This document shows positions 55,628 through 64,000 of a stretch of DNA of 64,000 bases, piece after piece (position 1 is the stretch's first letter; every line of letters starts with the position of its first letter). Where the stretch lies: IMG/VR virus record IMGVR_UViG_3300032087_002150, positions 64,001 to 128,000 of that record; one strand, written 5' to 3'. A program made the position numbers and the translations under genes. Source of the DNA: a virus. Below the pieces are notes generated by a model. That model searched no databases. It was not told the DNA's origin and worked only from the letters and a program-made list of their open reading frames with translations.

Positions 55628-57580
55628 TTAAGTTGCTGACACCCTTGTATATAGTGTATATGTTTCCACATCTACTGGCACTGCCACCAGAGTTTCGCCA
55701 GCATATTGATTACCAAACTGTCTCGTATAGTATCTAGTGTATTGTCCAGTGTACTGCCCTGCATAATAACCAGTGTATGTTGCTGATCTTGTTCCGGTGA
55801 AGTTGATACTAGAAGGACCCAAGTACTGATCAGCATAGTTTCGGTTGCCAGTATAGTTTGCTGCGAAGTTTCTGACTCCTAAGAAGTTAACAGGTGCACT
55901 TGTATATTGTCCTGCATAGTTTCTTGAACCAGCAAACTGCCTAGTGCCAGCAAACTGTCTAGTTCCTGGGAAGTTTGCTGCTCTAGTTCCTAAGAAAGCA
56001 CGAACCCCAGAATATGCAATATAGTTAGTGGATGCGAAATAATTATTTCCTAGGAAGTTAGCAGGTGTTGCTCTGACTCCAGAATAAGTTGGGAATCCAG
56101 TAAAAGTTGCAGGAGCAGGTCCCAAGAAATTCGTAACAGGTCCAGAGAAGTTTTCAGATACCGCAACAAAGTTATTCGTTGGTCCTGGTCTCACCCCTGA
56201 AAAGAAATTCGGAAAACCTGCTTCAAAAGGTGCGGTGTTGCCTAATCTTTGACCAGTGTAAAATGCTGGTCCAACAAAGGTGCCAGGAGTAGGCGCACCA
56301 AAGGTTGTATAACTGCGTATTCCAGAATAAGAGCGAGTTCCTGCGAAGTTTGCTTGCCTAACACCCACATAGGATGATGCAATATTAGCAGTGAAGGTTC
56401 CTGGAGCAGGTCTAGTTCCTAGGAAGTTTCTAGAACCAAGGTAAGAGGATGTTCCGAAAGCAGTAAAGGTCATTGGAACATAATCTGTTGCTGGTCTCAC
56501 GCCCAAGAAGTTAGTCAAGGCAGAAGTAAACTGTGTTGTGGCGCTTGTGTATTGCCCAGCATAGTTCCTTGACCCCGCAAACTGACGAGTTCCCGCAAAG
56601 TTTACAGGATTTGCTCTAACGCCAGCAAAGGATTCAGATTTAGTTCGTGATCCACTAAAAAGAACTTGCCTTACACCGAGGAAAGTTGCGGGAGGATTTT
56701 CATACCTTAATCTTGTGTATTGCCCAGTGTACTGTCCACTGTACTGAGTAGCGAACTGTCCAGTATACTGAGTTCCAGCATATTGCAGAATCTGTGTGGT
56801 GTTCTTTGTATCAACAGCAGTTCCTCTTGCTTCCCAAGTTCCGGAAGCAGTTGGAGCACCTTGCGCTGAAGAGCGCAGTTCGTATTCACCAACTCCGTTC
56901 GTATAGTACCCATAACGAATCATACCGTTACCGATTTCACCAACTTCTGATGCCGACAACTCCTGAAAATCAAAATCGTTTATTCGTTTAATTGGATAAT
57001 ATACTTCTGAGTCAACATTGATTGTGAATTTGCGCCAAATATGATAATCAGTTGTCCCGTCAGTTTTAGTATCACTGAAGCAAGTATCAATCCATTTTTC
57101 GTATTCTGCTGATGGTTGAGTAGAGGACAACCTGAAAGTTCCAACTCTTTCTTCAGAATGGACAATTTCGTTTACTCTGAGAGCAAGAAGTTCATAACTC
57201 GCAGAATCCATAGGGTGTAATCCACCGTCTGAATCTACAACAATCATGTTCTCAACTACGCCATCAAATGGCACCTCATAAACTGAGTCCAACATCTGAT
57301 ACAATGTTGTAGTGGTAGTTGATGGTGCGGAAATGGACGTTCCTGGGTGCGTTCCGATTGGATCAGTGTAGAACGTATCGGTAAAAGTACCAATAGCAGA
57401 ATCTTCAGCAGTATTCGTTAAGGTAATAGCACCGGAATATCGTTTACCTACTGAATCGAATGCACCGACAAGTGCAAGACCACCTTCGTTGGCGAAGAGT
57501 TCTTCTTCCAACAAGGTCATTTGTTTAAGATCGCCGCTTGAGTTTAGGATCTTTATCGGTATGCTATTCCAAGCAGACAT
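55628..57580 (-). CDS. Virion fibre-like protein with [FY]xGxR repeats (paralog B)
   Basis: Shares DSAIG..TDTFY....GTHPG, YELRSSAQGAPT..GTWEARGTAVDT and ETYTLY.RV with 52175-54310. Confidence 0.7.
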   Translation of the reverse strand: MSAWNSIPIKILNSSGDLKQMTLLEEELFANEGGLALVGAFDSVGKRYSGAITLTNTAEDSAIGTFTDTFYTDPIGTHPGTSISAPSTTTTTLYQMLDSVYEVPFDGVVENMIVVDSDGGLHPMDSASYELLALRVNEIVHSEERVGTFRLSSTQPSAEYEKWIDTCFSDTKTDGTTDYHIWRKFTINVDSEVYYPIKRINDFDFQELSASEVGEIGNGMIRYGYYTNGVGEYELRSSAQGAPTASGTWEARGTAVDTKNTTQILQYAGTQYTGQFATQYSGQYTGQYTRLRYENPPATFLGVRQVLFSGSRTKSESFAGVRANPVNFAGTRQFAGSRNYAGQYTSATTQFTSALTNFLGVRPATDYVPMTFTAFGTSSYLGSRNFLGTRPAPGTFTANIASSYVGVRQANFAGTRSYSGIRSYTTFGAPTPGTFVGPAFYTGQRLGNTAPFEAGFPNFFSGVRPGPTNNFVAVSENFSGPVTNFLGPAPATFTGFPTYSGVRATPANFLGNNYFASTNYIAYSGVRAFLGTRAANFPGTRQFAGTRQFAGSRNYAGQYTSAPVNFLGVRNFAANYTGNRNYADQYLGPSSINFTGTRSATYTGYYAGQYTGQYTRYYTRQFGNQYAGETLVAVPVDVETYTLYTRVSAT

Positions 57581-57597
57581 ACTGTATTATCCTTTCT

Positions 57598-58752
57598 TTA
57601 AGCGTTCAACAATGTGCCATTGCGATCATAAACGTTCGGGACTCTGGCGTTGACTTCGGCAAGTGCTCCGTGGACAGTTTTAGCAGTTGTATGCGGAGTG
57701 GCATCACCAGAGGCAGGCATTTCTATTGCTCGAGAGAAAACGATATCTGCGCTGTCAGTTCTCCACACTTCCTGTGAAGCAGAATAAAGTCCAGTGTAGA
57801 AAATTATGTCGCCGGAATTATTAACAATACTGGCAAACTCAGAACCTTCTACAGAATCAGTTTGAAAGTGAATATGCCCATTACCAGAAGCAAGGCGCAC
57901 ATCCGAGTCAGCATCAAGAGTAACACCACCAACAGCGGTAGTAATCATGAGAGTGCGAGCAACTTCCATTCGAGTTTCTGCTGGCGCGAGGTTCCAACTG
58001 ATAACCTGATCGCTGTCTCTATAGAAGTAAATATTACCGTCATAGGTGTCTAGTGTCATATCGCCTGTAACATCAATATGGTATCCACCAGTTACTTCTA
58101 GTTTATTATCTGGACCAAAGGTGTACTCGTATCTTGTATTGCTACCTCGCATGAAGGTAATACCAGAAGCAGAATCTGCTACTTGCAGAGTCAACTGACC
58201 ATCAGTTGAAATGGTGTAGTCGCCAGTTACAGAATCTATGTTACTGGTTCCCATCGTACGATTGAATCGAGTGACGCCGCCATCTTTATGGACGATGACC
58301 CCACCATCAGCATCTAAGGTAATGTTATTTTGAACATCGAATGAAAGATCGCCTGTTACTGTGTGCGTTTCATCGCCAACAGTGATTACGGCGAGAGCGG
58401 AGTCAGTGGTAATCTTACCTGCGTTAGCATCAAATACTGCTTCGATTTCATTAATGGCGTCAACAATCACCTTCGCTTCGGTGTCCAAGTCAGCACCACT
58501 ACCGCCACCAGCACCGTGCAAGTCGCTGTCAAGTTCGTTGAGAGCGTCTACAAGGGTGTTCGCGGTAAAGTCGGTCAAACCCCTTACCTTACCCAAATTG
58601 CCTGATGTTTCTGGTCCAATAGCGGAATCCAGATACTTCATATCTGAGTCAACAATATCACCGAAATGATTAAGGTCAGTGATTAGTTGTTGAAAGGTAT
58701 CCGTCGTCTGAAATAGAGGATGGTCGCTGTCATGAAACATGTTATTCGACAT
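57598..58752 (-). CDS. Fibre/whisker-like virion protein
   Basis: T..LV.A.NE repeats, ITLDADGG beta repeats, C-terminal YD..GTLLN. Confidence 0.65.
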   Translation of the reverse strand: MSNNMFHDSDHPLFQTTDTFQQLITDLNHFGDIVDSDMKYLDSAIGPETSGNLGKVRGLTDFTANTLVDALNELDSDLHGAGGGSGADLDTEAKVIVDAINEIEAVFDANAGKITTDSALAVITVGDETHTVTGDLSFDVQNNITLDADGGVIVHKDGGVTRFNRTMGTSNIDSVTGDYTISTDGQLTLQVADSASGITFMRGSNTRYEYTFGPDNKLEVTGGYHIDVTGDMTLDTYDGNIYFYRDSDQVISWNLAPAETRMEVARTLMITTAVGGVTLDADSDVRLASGNGHIHFQTDSVEGSEFASIVNNSGDIIFYTGLYSASQEVWRTDSADIVFSRAIEMPASGDATPHTTAKTVHGALAEVNARVPNVYDRNGTLLNA

Positions 58753-58753
58753 T

Positions 58754-58984
58754 TTAGTGCTTCTCTATCATTGTTTTTATTAGGTCTTTAAGTTCCGAGA
58801 ACTCTTTTTTTAAATCAGCGATATCTTCTTGCATCGCTTTTTCTTTTTCCCTTTTGGCGATTACACGTTTTTTCATTTCGCGTGCACGCTGTATTTCTTC
58901 CTTGTTTGTATTTAGTATTGCGCCAGTAGAGAGGTCTTTAACTAGACTAGAATGACCCTCAACATGCCTAAGTTCTTTTTTCAT
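58754..58984 (-). CDS. Small coiled-coil protein conserved downstream of the large virion protein
   Basis: VEGH..LVKD..TGAILNTN...LK.E.SELK.L. Confidence 0.75.
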   Translation of the reverse strand: MKKELRHVEGHSSLVKDLSTGAILNTNKEEIQRAREMKKRVIAKREKEKAMQEDIADLKKEFSELKDLIKTMIEKH

Positions 58985-61900
58985 CAGATCAAAGCAATCG
59001 CTTTAATGTCTCGAATGATCGGAACTTGACAACTATTCCTGGTTCTCAACACTATTTTTATTTGGAACTGACGGAAGTCAGGAAGGTTGCCATCAATCCC
59101 GCCTAGAAGATACCTATACTCGCTATATGTAATCTCTCCAGGACCCTGAACATACAGGTTCTTAGGAGGATCATTATCTGGGACGACTCGCTCCCAGTCT
59201 ACAGTATAGATATCCTGATCATCGCCAGTAGTTGTTCGATAATATAAATCGAAATCTGCTTCTGGCGGTACGTGCAACTTAGCAATAATTCGCAAACCAT
59301 TTCCTGCCTCAGGGAGGATAATTGGTTTTGTAATATGCTTGGATGGAGTAGTACCAGACAACGGATGAGTTTCAGGCAGGAAGTCTTGTGGAGCATTCCT
59401 TACGGTATCAGCACCATCAGAATCCCATGCTTGGTTGTCAACGATGTAGTTAAGCATGTTTGCTCCGACACCTTGAATATCAATCATCGGAGTCAAATCA
59501 GAAACGTAACCAGACGCTTTCACAGATTGCGCTCTAGGACCGCCAAAGTTGGAAACCTGAGATGTTTGTAACTTAGTGGTAACAACGATTGAAGGTTCTC
59601 CATTCAACGCTGTTGGACTCAAAGTTTGATCACTATTAGCGAGGTAACGAGGTGTGTCAAAGTATATTGTCTCAAATGGAGTCAATGTAAACATTCCATT
59701 ACCATTTGTTCCTGGGGTTGACGTATCGTCGATATCAAATCTGGTGTCTTGGGTTGGTGTAGAAAGTCCAACCTTACCATGCGAGAATCCGCTAACGAAA
59801 CTTGCTTGATACTGAATACTGGTTCCTGTGAATTCTACATCAGAAACATTCCAAGTAAACCTGTCGATATTACAAGCGGAAAGACTGCTTACTGAATCTG
59901 CGCCAAACTTACCAGTCGAAGTAAAGGTTGATCCGTCATTAATGGCAACATAATAACCATTAACATCAGGATCCACAACCACGTTGGCACTGTCCATAAT
60001 TGAACCGCCAGTAACACCGTTGTAATCAGTTCCTGATCCTAATCCTCGGATAATAACCTTATCGCCGTCTAGCAAGTTGTGGTACTTGTGCTCAACACGG
60101 AAACGAGTTAGGTCGTCCGAATCAACAGATAAACTTGTTGCATAATTGTGGTTAACTCTAAAATCTGGTTGATTGTAGAAATTAACAAATCCTTGCTTCT
60201 TGAACTTCGCAGTATAGATACGGAATGCCAAATCTTGATTCTGTTTTGGAGTCCAAGTAGAACCGTTCTGAGACAAGAAGAGAGAACCAGTTGCAGGTTG
60301 CTTAGAAACACGCTTATCAGTTCTACCGATTACCAGATCATATGTTGTTGCTACAAATGCCTCGTATCCATCACAGTCTGACAATAGAACCAGAGCGTAT
60401 TCTTTACCCGCCTGAATATAAATTGGTTCTTCAAACTCAAAAGTTACTGGGTTCGCTAGAATATTATCCAGAGTAGTTTCGTCAGGATCGGTCACATTAG
60501 GAATCGCAGCAACCACATCACGCACTTCTTTAGCGGTCTTATAAACACAGTGCTGCTCGCTTATAGGCGCACGGTTCGGAGTTCCGTTTGTCACATCTCT
60601 TATCTGTAACTGTAGTTGAACTTGAGGTTCACTAGCAGCAGGTGCTCTCCGCATAAACACATCAATCTTGGTGATGAATGCTCCGCTAGTCATGGATGAA
60701 GCGACTAGCGAGAAAGTCTGCGCCAATGGATCATATGGAACCCAAACAACTTCGCTTTCTGTCGAGATCGTTTCGCTTTCTAACGTCTCTGCCACTCGAT
60801 CAATATAATCCTCAGTTCTAACAACGCGAGTGCTTACAATATCTCTCCTTCTGGTGATTGCACGACCAGCAGCGCGATATCTTGTTTTCGCTCTAGAAAG
60901 TGCGTCGCTACTTACGCCAGAAGAAACGTCCAAAAGTTTTACTTCGCGCGAACCAACTCTAAACTTCCATCCGGCATAGTCATAAACAGCAGGATCTCCT
61001 GCGCCGAAACGAGCAACACCTTCTTTAACTTTCTTCAACCAAGTTTCAAGTTCTTCTTCGTAAGGGAACACTTCAGATTCAGGAACAGGGATGACTGCTG
61101 TATTCGGGATGAACAAATCAAAATACAGATTACCGAATTGGTCTGAAATAAGAACGTTTTCGTTTGAAACATTGAGAGAATTAGGATGCTTCTTCATCCA
61201 AGTAGCAACAGGCGCATATTGTTTATTTTGTGCACCTGCGTCCAGCAATGTGGTGTAAGAACCTTCGTCCCGACTCAATACCCACTGATCCATCCTAACT
61301 CCGTCGAAGTACAACCAGAAACGTGTATCTGGGCGCAGACCTTCTGCTTTACCGAGCACTCGTCGAGCTCGGATAAATGGAACAGTACTTACATCTATGA
61401 TCTTATCTTCGTCGAAAGTTTCAATTTGATCGCTTACTACGCGAGTGCGAACACGCTCAGTAATTCTTTGAGTAACTCGGCGAGTGGTTGTCGTTCTTTC
61501 GATTTCTCGCTCGACACGACCTGCCTCATTAATTCTACGTCCACCCAAATCTCTAGTTGTGGTTCTTGTAGAAACAAAGGTAGCAGTCCAAGTTCTAGGA
61601 ACATATGCAGATAGATCATTCAACTTAATGTAAATGGTTTCGTTGGTAATATTTCTATCAGGCAAGCGATGATTGTCTACCCAGAAATCAGCGGAAGGTC
61701 TTAGTTTCAGATTACCTTCACCAGCAAATACGTTAAATGGGTTGACATTATAGTACCCACGTTCTTCGTATGAGTATGGGGTCATCCATGAAATTACTTC
61801 TTGACTTAGAGCGGAATCAAGAACTTCTTGATAGTCCAGCATCAACATATCGCCCTTTCGGACAATGTTGCTCAAAGAAGGAATAGTAGTTGTGCCTCTT

Positions 61901-64000
61901 GCTCCGGATACCGAGTCGCCTGAATCGTAGATAAAGTCGTTCCAGAACTTAGTATGCTTCGGTTGAATCTCGCCCTTTAACGTATCAAGAGTCTGCGTGA
62001 TCCAACTTTCGTCATCAATAAAGTTCGGTCCAACTTCTGCTGAAGCGAGGGCAAGTCCATAACTGAAATCGTCAACGAAGAAACCAGTCTTAGAGCGAAT
62101 ATTCCCTTCGCCATCCTGCTCGATAAGATTTTGCGCTTCTTGTTCGATAAACGAAAGGGCAACAGTTTCTTCCAATCGCCCGACTCGGTTTCTTAGACGA
62201 TCGATGTCTCGCATAGTGTAGCGAGGATATCGGTTAGTGGAAACCATCAAATCCCTGACAGATTTAGTATTGCCGTTCAACAAAATATTGAAGAGGCGCA
62301 TTGTACTTTCATCTGGTTGAGGAATTCCTGGTACGAGTTCCTCATCTCCTCTCTTAGTATAGAGAACAGGTCTAAATGTGGTTTTGTCGTATGTTAAGTT
62401 GATCCCATCTATTCTCTTATTATAGTATTCTACACCAAAACTAATTGTATCACCATCTCTAGGAATTTCATTGTAGTCTGCAGAGTTTATGGTATCTTCT
62501 AATGGGTTAAGTTTTGGACGCAGGTCGAAATACTGATGTAGAGGATATGGTTCGCCATCCAACTTGGAGACAAACGTAGGAATATCACCGTAGTCAAACT
62601 CAGGGAACTGACTTGTTGCAGATGCTGAGTCAGTAAACAAGTATGAGTTTGGTGAGAAGTATCCGTCATTTCTAGTCCAAGTAAAGTATCCAATCTTCGC
62701 AAGGACTGAGTCGGTAAGATCACTGACTCCTCTGTTTGGGGTCAATGAAACAGGACCGTAGAAGTTATCTCGTTGTCCACCGTCAAATACGACGTTGTTA
62801 GTGATCACTGATCCATCAGAGTCAGAATCATATGCGTGGAGCAATCTCACACCGTCATACAATCCAGACATCGCAGTTCCATCTGCTTTACTGGTAATCA
62901 GGAAACGATCACCAACAGAATCATTGTATCTTCGCAGTTTAAACCAACCTTCTGTGTACTTCTTCGTGTCTGGAGTAAGACCACCAGACTTCAATCCTTT
63001 TTGTACATAATAGTATACTTTGTAGTTGTGACCGTTTACAGGATTTGGGGGAGTAATAGTTGCTGTTCCTGACGATATAGTAATGTCACCCGCGCCGATG
63101 ATAGGCGCACTATCTGTGTCAGTGTTGATGAAAACCCATTGTCCATCATCAACGAAATCTTCATCTGATCCACAAGTGAGTGATAGAGTTCCTGATGAAA
63201 CCGAAACATCATCAAACCTTTGAACTGTCATTTTTACATCACTGACACTCTTAACGCGGTGGTTTGAAATTTCAAATAGAGAATTATTAACTTCCGGTCC
63301 AATTATAAATGCTTGTTGATCTTCTAATTGAAACTGTAATGTGTCAGTAGCAGATGCAGCACCAACTTCGCGCATAGTCTCAACATCGCGGAAGTTTTTT
63401 CCTGCCTGCATTTGAATATCCATCAAATGAACTCGATATTGAGTATCAATACCTTTTACATTATTGCCTGTTTTACCGTTGTCTACAGTTGTCCAGTCCA
63501 TATTAACAACGGACTTAACTCGCGCATGACCGATACAGACACCACTTTCGTTTAGCAGTTGTTGTTTCTTCAGTAAGTTAAGGTTAGAAGGATTCCAGTC
63601 TCCTAAGAAACTATTAGTGCCTGAATCATTGCCCTTGACGCCGAGATAGTTCTTGAAGAAAACGCCTGTGCTTGTGCCTGAATCTGAAGTAGTTGAGACT
63701 GGTTTTTCAACATAAAGAACATTGTCGAGTTCTTGTTCTAAACGAAATCCGTCTACATAGGCAAGGGGATTCAATCCTTGATCATTGACTCCGGACAAGT
63801 GATATCGCATTCTCGTAGCATCACCGTTGGAGTCATCCCATTCGTCAACTTCCAAAGCAAATTTGTTGACGATAAAGTCTCCGAGTGCTTCGTTTTGGCG
63901 AGTCGCCATTCTTCTTTCAATTTGATTAAAACTATCCGTGCCCTGTTTAATCTGTACAATCTTAGATTCTCGAACCTTAGCAAATTCAATGAAGTCCAAT
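58984..64000 (-). CDS. Large virion structural/baseplate protein (DUF4815 / VrlC-like), 5' end outside the window
   Basis: E..GDF.V..F, RYTMRDI..L..R...LE, KTGFFVDDF, NVNPFNVF, DPLAQTF, GSLFLSQNGSTWT..Q..DL.F, F..FQIKIV...P.IRD.KAIAL. Confidence 0.85.
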   Translation of the reverse strand, partial: LDFIEFAKVRESKIVQIKQGTDSFNQIERRMATRQNEALGDFIVNKFALEVDEWDDSNGDATRMRYHLSGVNDQGLNPLAYVDGFRLEQELDNVLYVEKPVSTTSDSGTSTGVFFKNYLGVKGNDSGTNSFLGDWNPSNLNLLKKQQLLNESGVCIGHARVKSVVNMDWTTVDNGKTGNNVKGIDTQYRVHLMDIQMQAGKNFRDVETMREVGAASATDTLQFQLEDQQAFIIGPEVNNSLFEISNHRVKSVSDVKMTVQRFDDVSVSSGTLSLTCGSDEDFVDDGQWVFINTDTDSAPIIGAGDITISSGTATITPPNPVNGHNYKVYYYVQKGLKSGGLTPDTKKYTEGWFKLRRYNDSVGDRFLITSKADGTAMSGLYDGVRLLHAYDSDSDGSVITNNVVFDGGQRDNFYGPVSLTPNRGVSDLTDSVLAKIGYFTWTRNDGYFSPNSYLFTDSASATSQFPEFDYGDIPTFVSKLDGEPYPLHQYFDLRPKLNPLEDTINSADYNEIPRDGDTISFGVEYYNKRIDGINLTYDKTTFRPVLYTKRGDEELVPGIPQPDESTMRLFNILLNGNTKSVRDLMVSTNRYPRYTMRDIDRLRNRVGRLEETVALSFIEQEAQNLIEQDGEGNIRSKTGFFVDDFSYGLALASAEVGPNFIDDESWITQTLDTLKGEIQPKHTKFWNDFIYDSGDSVSGARGTTTIPSLSNIVRKGDMLMLDYQEVLDSALSQEVISWMTPYSYEERGYYNVNPFNVFAGEGNLKLRPSADFWVDNHRLPDRNITNETIYIKLNDLSAYVPRTWTATFVSTRTTTRDLGGRRINEAGRVEREIERTTTTRRVTQRITERVRTRVVSDQIETFDEDKIIDVSTVPFIRARRVLGKAEGLRPDTRFWLYFDGVRMDQWVLSRDEGSYTTLLDAGAQNKQYAPVATWMKKHPNSLNVSNENVLISDQFGNLYFDLFIPNTAVIPVPESEVFPYEEELETWLKKVKEGVARFGAGDPAVYDYAGWKFRVGSREVKLLDVSSGVSSDALSRAKTRYRAAGRAITRRRDIVSTRVVRTEDYIDRVAETLESETISTESEVVWVPYDPLAQTFSLVASSMTSGAFITKIDVFMRRAPAASEPQVQLQLQIRDVTNGTPNRAPISEQHCVYKTAKEVRDVVAAIPNVTDPDETTLDNILANPVTFEFEEPIYIQAGKEYALVLLSDCDGYEAFVATTYDLVIGRTDKRVSKQPATGSLFLSQNGSTWTPKQNQDLAFRIYTAKFKKQGFVNFYNQPDFRVNHNYATSLSVDSDDLTRFRVEHKYHNLLDGDKVIIRGLGSGTDYNGVTGGSIMDSANVVVDPDVNGYYVAINDGSTFTSTGKFGADSVSSLSACNIDRFTWNVSDVEFTGTSIQYQASFVSGFSHGKVGLSTPTQDTRFDIDDTSTPGTNGNGMFTLTPFETIYFDTPRYLANSDQTLSPTALNGEPSIVVTTKLQTSQVSNFGGPRAQSVKASGYVSDLTPMIDIQGVGANMLNYIVDNQAWDSDGADTVRNAPQDFLPETHPLSGTTPSKHITKPIILPEAGNGLRIIAKLHVPPEADFDLYYRTTTGDDQDIYTVDWERVVPDNDPPKNLYVQGPGEITYSEYRYLLGGIDGNLPDFRQFQIKIVLRTRNSCQVPIIRDIKAIALI

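Noticed and set aside
52175-57580. FxGxR repeats match the C-terminal consensus of invertebrate tachykinin-related neuropeptides (possible mimicry or a polypeptide precursor)
   Set aside because: There is no signal peptide and no Gly-Lys/Arg amidation or dibasic cleavage sites after the repeats. The genes lie in the virion module. A structural beta-repeat explains the pattern more simply.
47768-57580. CRISPR array or diversity-generating retroelement among the repeats
   Set aside because: The repeats are in-frame protein repeats with synonymous divergence. There are no identical DNA repeats with spacers, no adenine-specific TR/VR pair and no reverse transcriptase.
1-64000. Stop-codon reassignment
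   Set aside because: Core genes are full length under the standard code, and TAA, TAG and TGA all end genes normally.

Overview
A 64-kb segment of a large T4-like myophage genome, most likely marine. Sigma70-type promoters, Shine-Dalgarno sites, IHF-consensus boxes and an aceA gene suggest a proteobacterial host (inference). Almost all genes are on the minus strand. Read right to left, the window holds: a large baseplate/virion protein and several fibre-like repeat proteins; the neck, packaging, tail and head module (gp13-gp23, gp3); uvsY, uvsW, gp55, gp47 and gp46; a three-gene DNA-modification operon (TET/JBP-family dioxygenase, TagD-like cytidylyltransferase, TET-associated glycosyltransferase); early genes (CobS-like AAA+ ATPase and its vWA partner); and the replication module (gp45, gp44, gp62, regA, gp43). 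Accessory genes are scattered through the replication module: glycosyltransferases, SAM methyltransferases, 2OG-Fe(II) oxygenases, a flavin halogenase, a peroxiredoxin, a lipoprotein metalloprotease, tRNA-Pro, MazG, PsiE, and the 5' part of an isocitrate lyase missing from the ORF track. Main observations: (1) the dioxygenase and its glycosyltransferase end in the same sliding-clamp-binding tail as the DNA polymerase (SLEEFFG, SVSLEDFFA, SVSLEDFFA), suggesting replisome-tethered DNA hypermodification with no adjacent cytosine methyltransferase; (2) an Asp-Ser dipeptide is strongly enriched in outer virion proteins, a candidate sequon for phage-encoded virion glycosylation; (3) two paralogous fibre proteins carry mirror-arranged [FY]xGxR repeats and flank a glycosyltransferase and an oxygenase; (4) a lone plus-strand 30-aa hydrophobic peptide gene with its own late promoter and terminator lies back-to-back with a structured RNA. 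All family assignments come from recognising motifs by eye. No database searches were run and all counts are hand counts.
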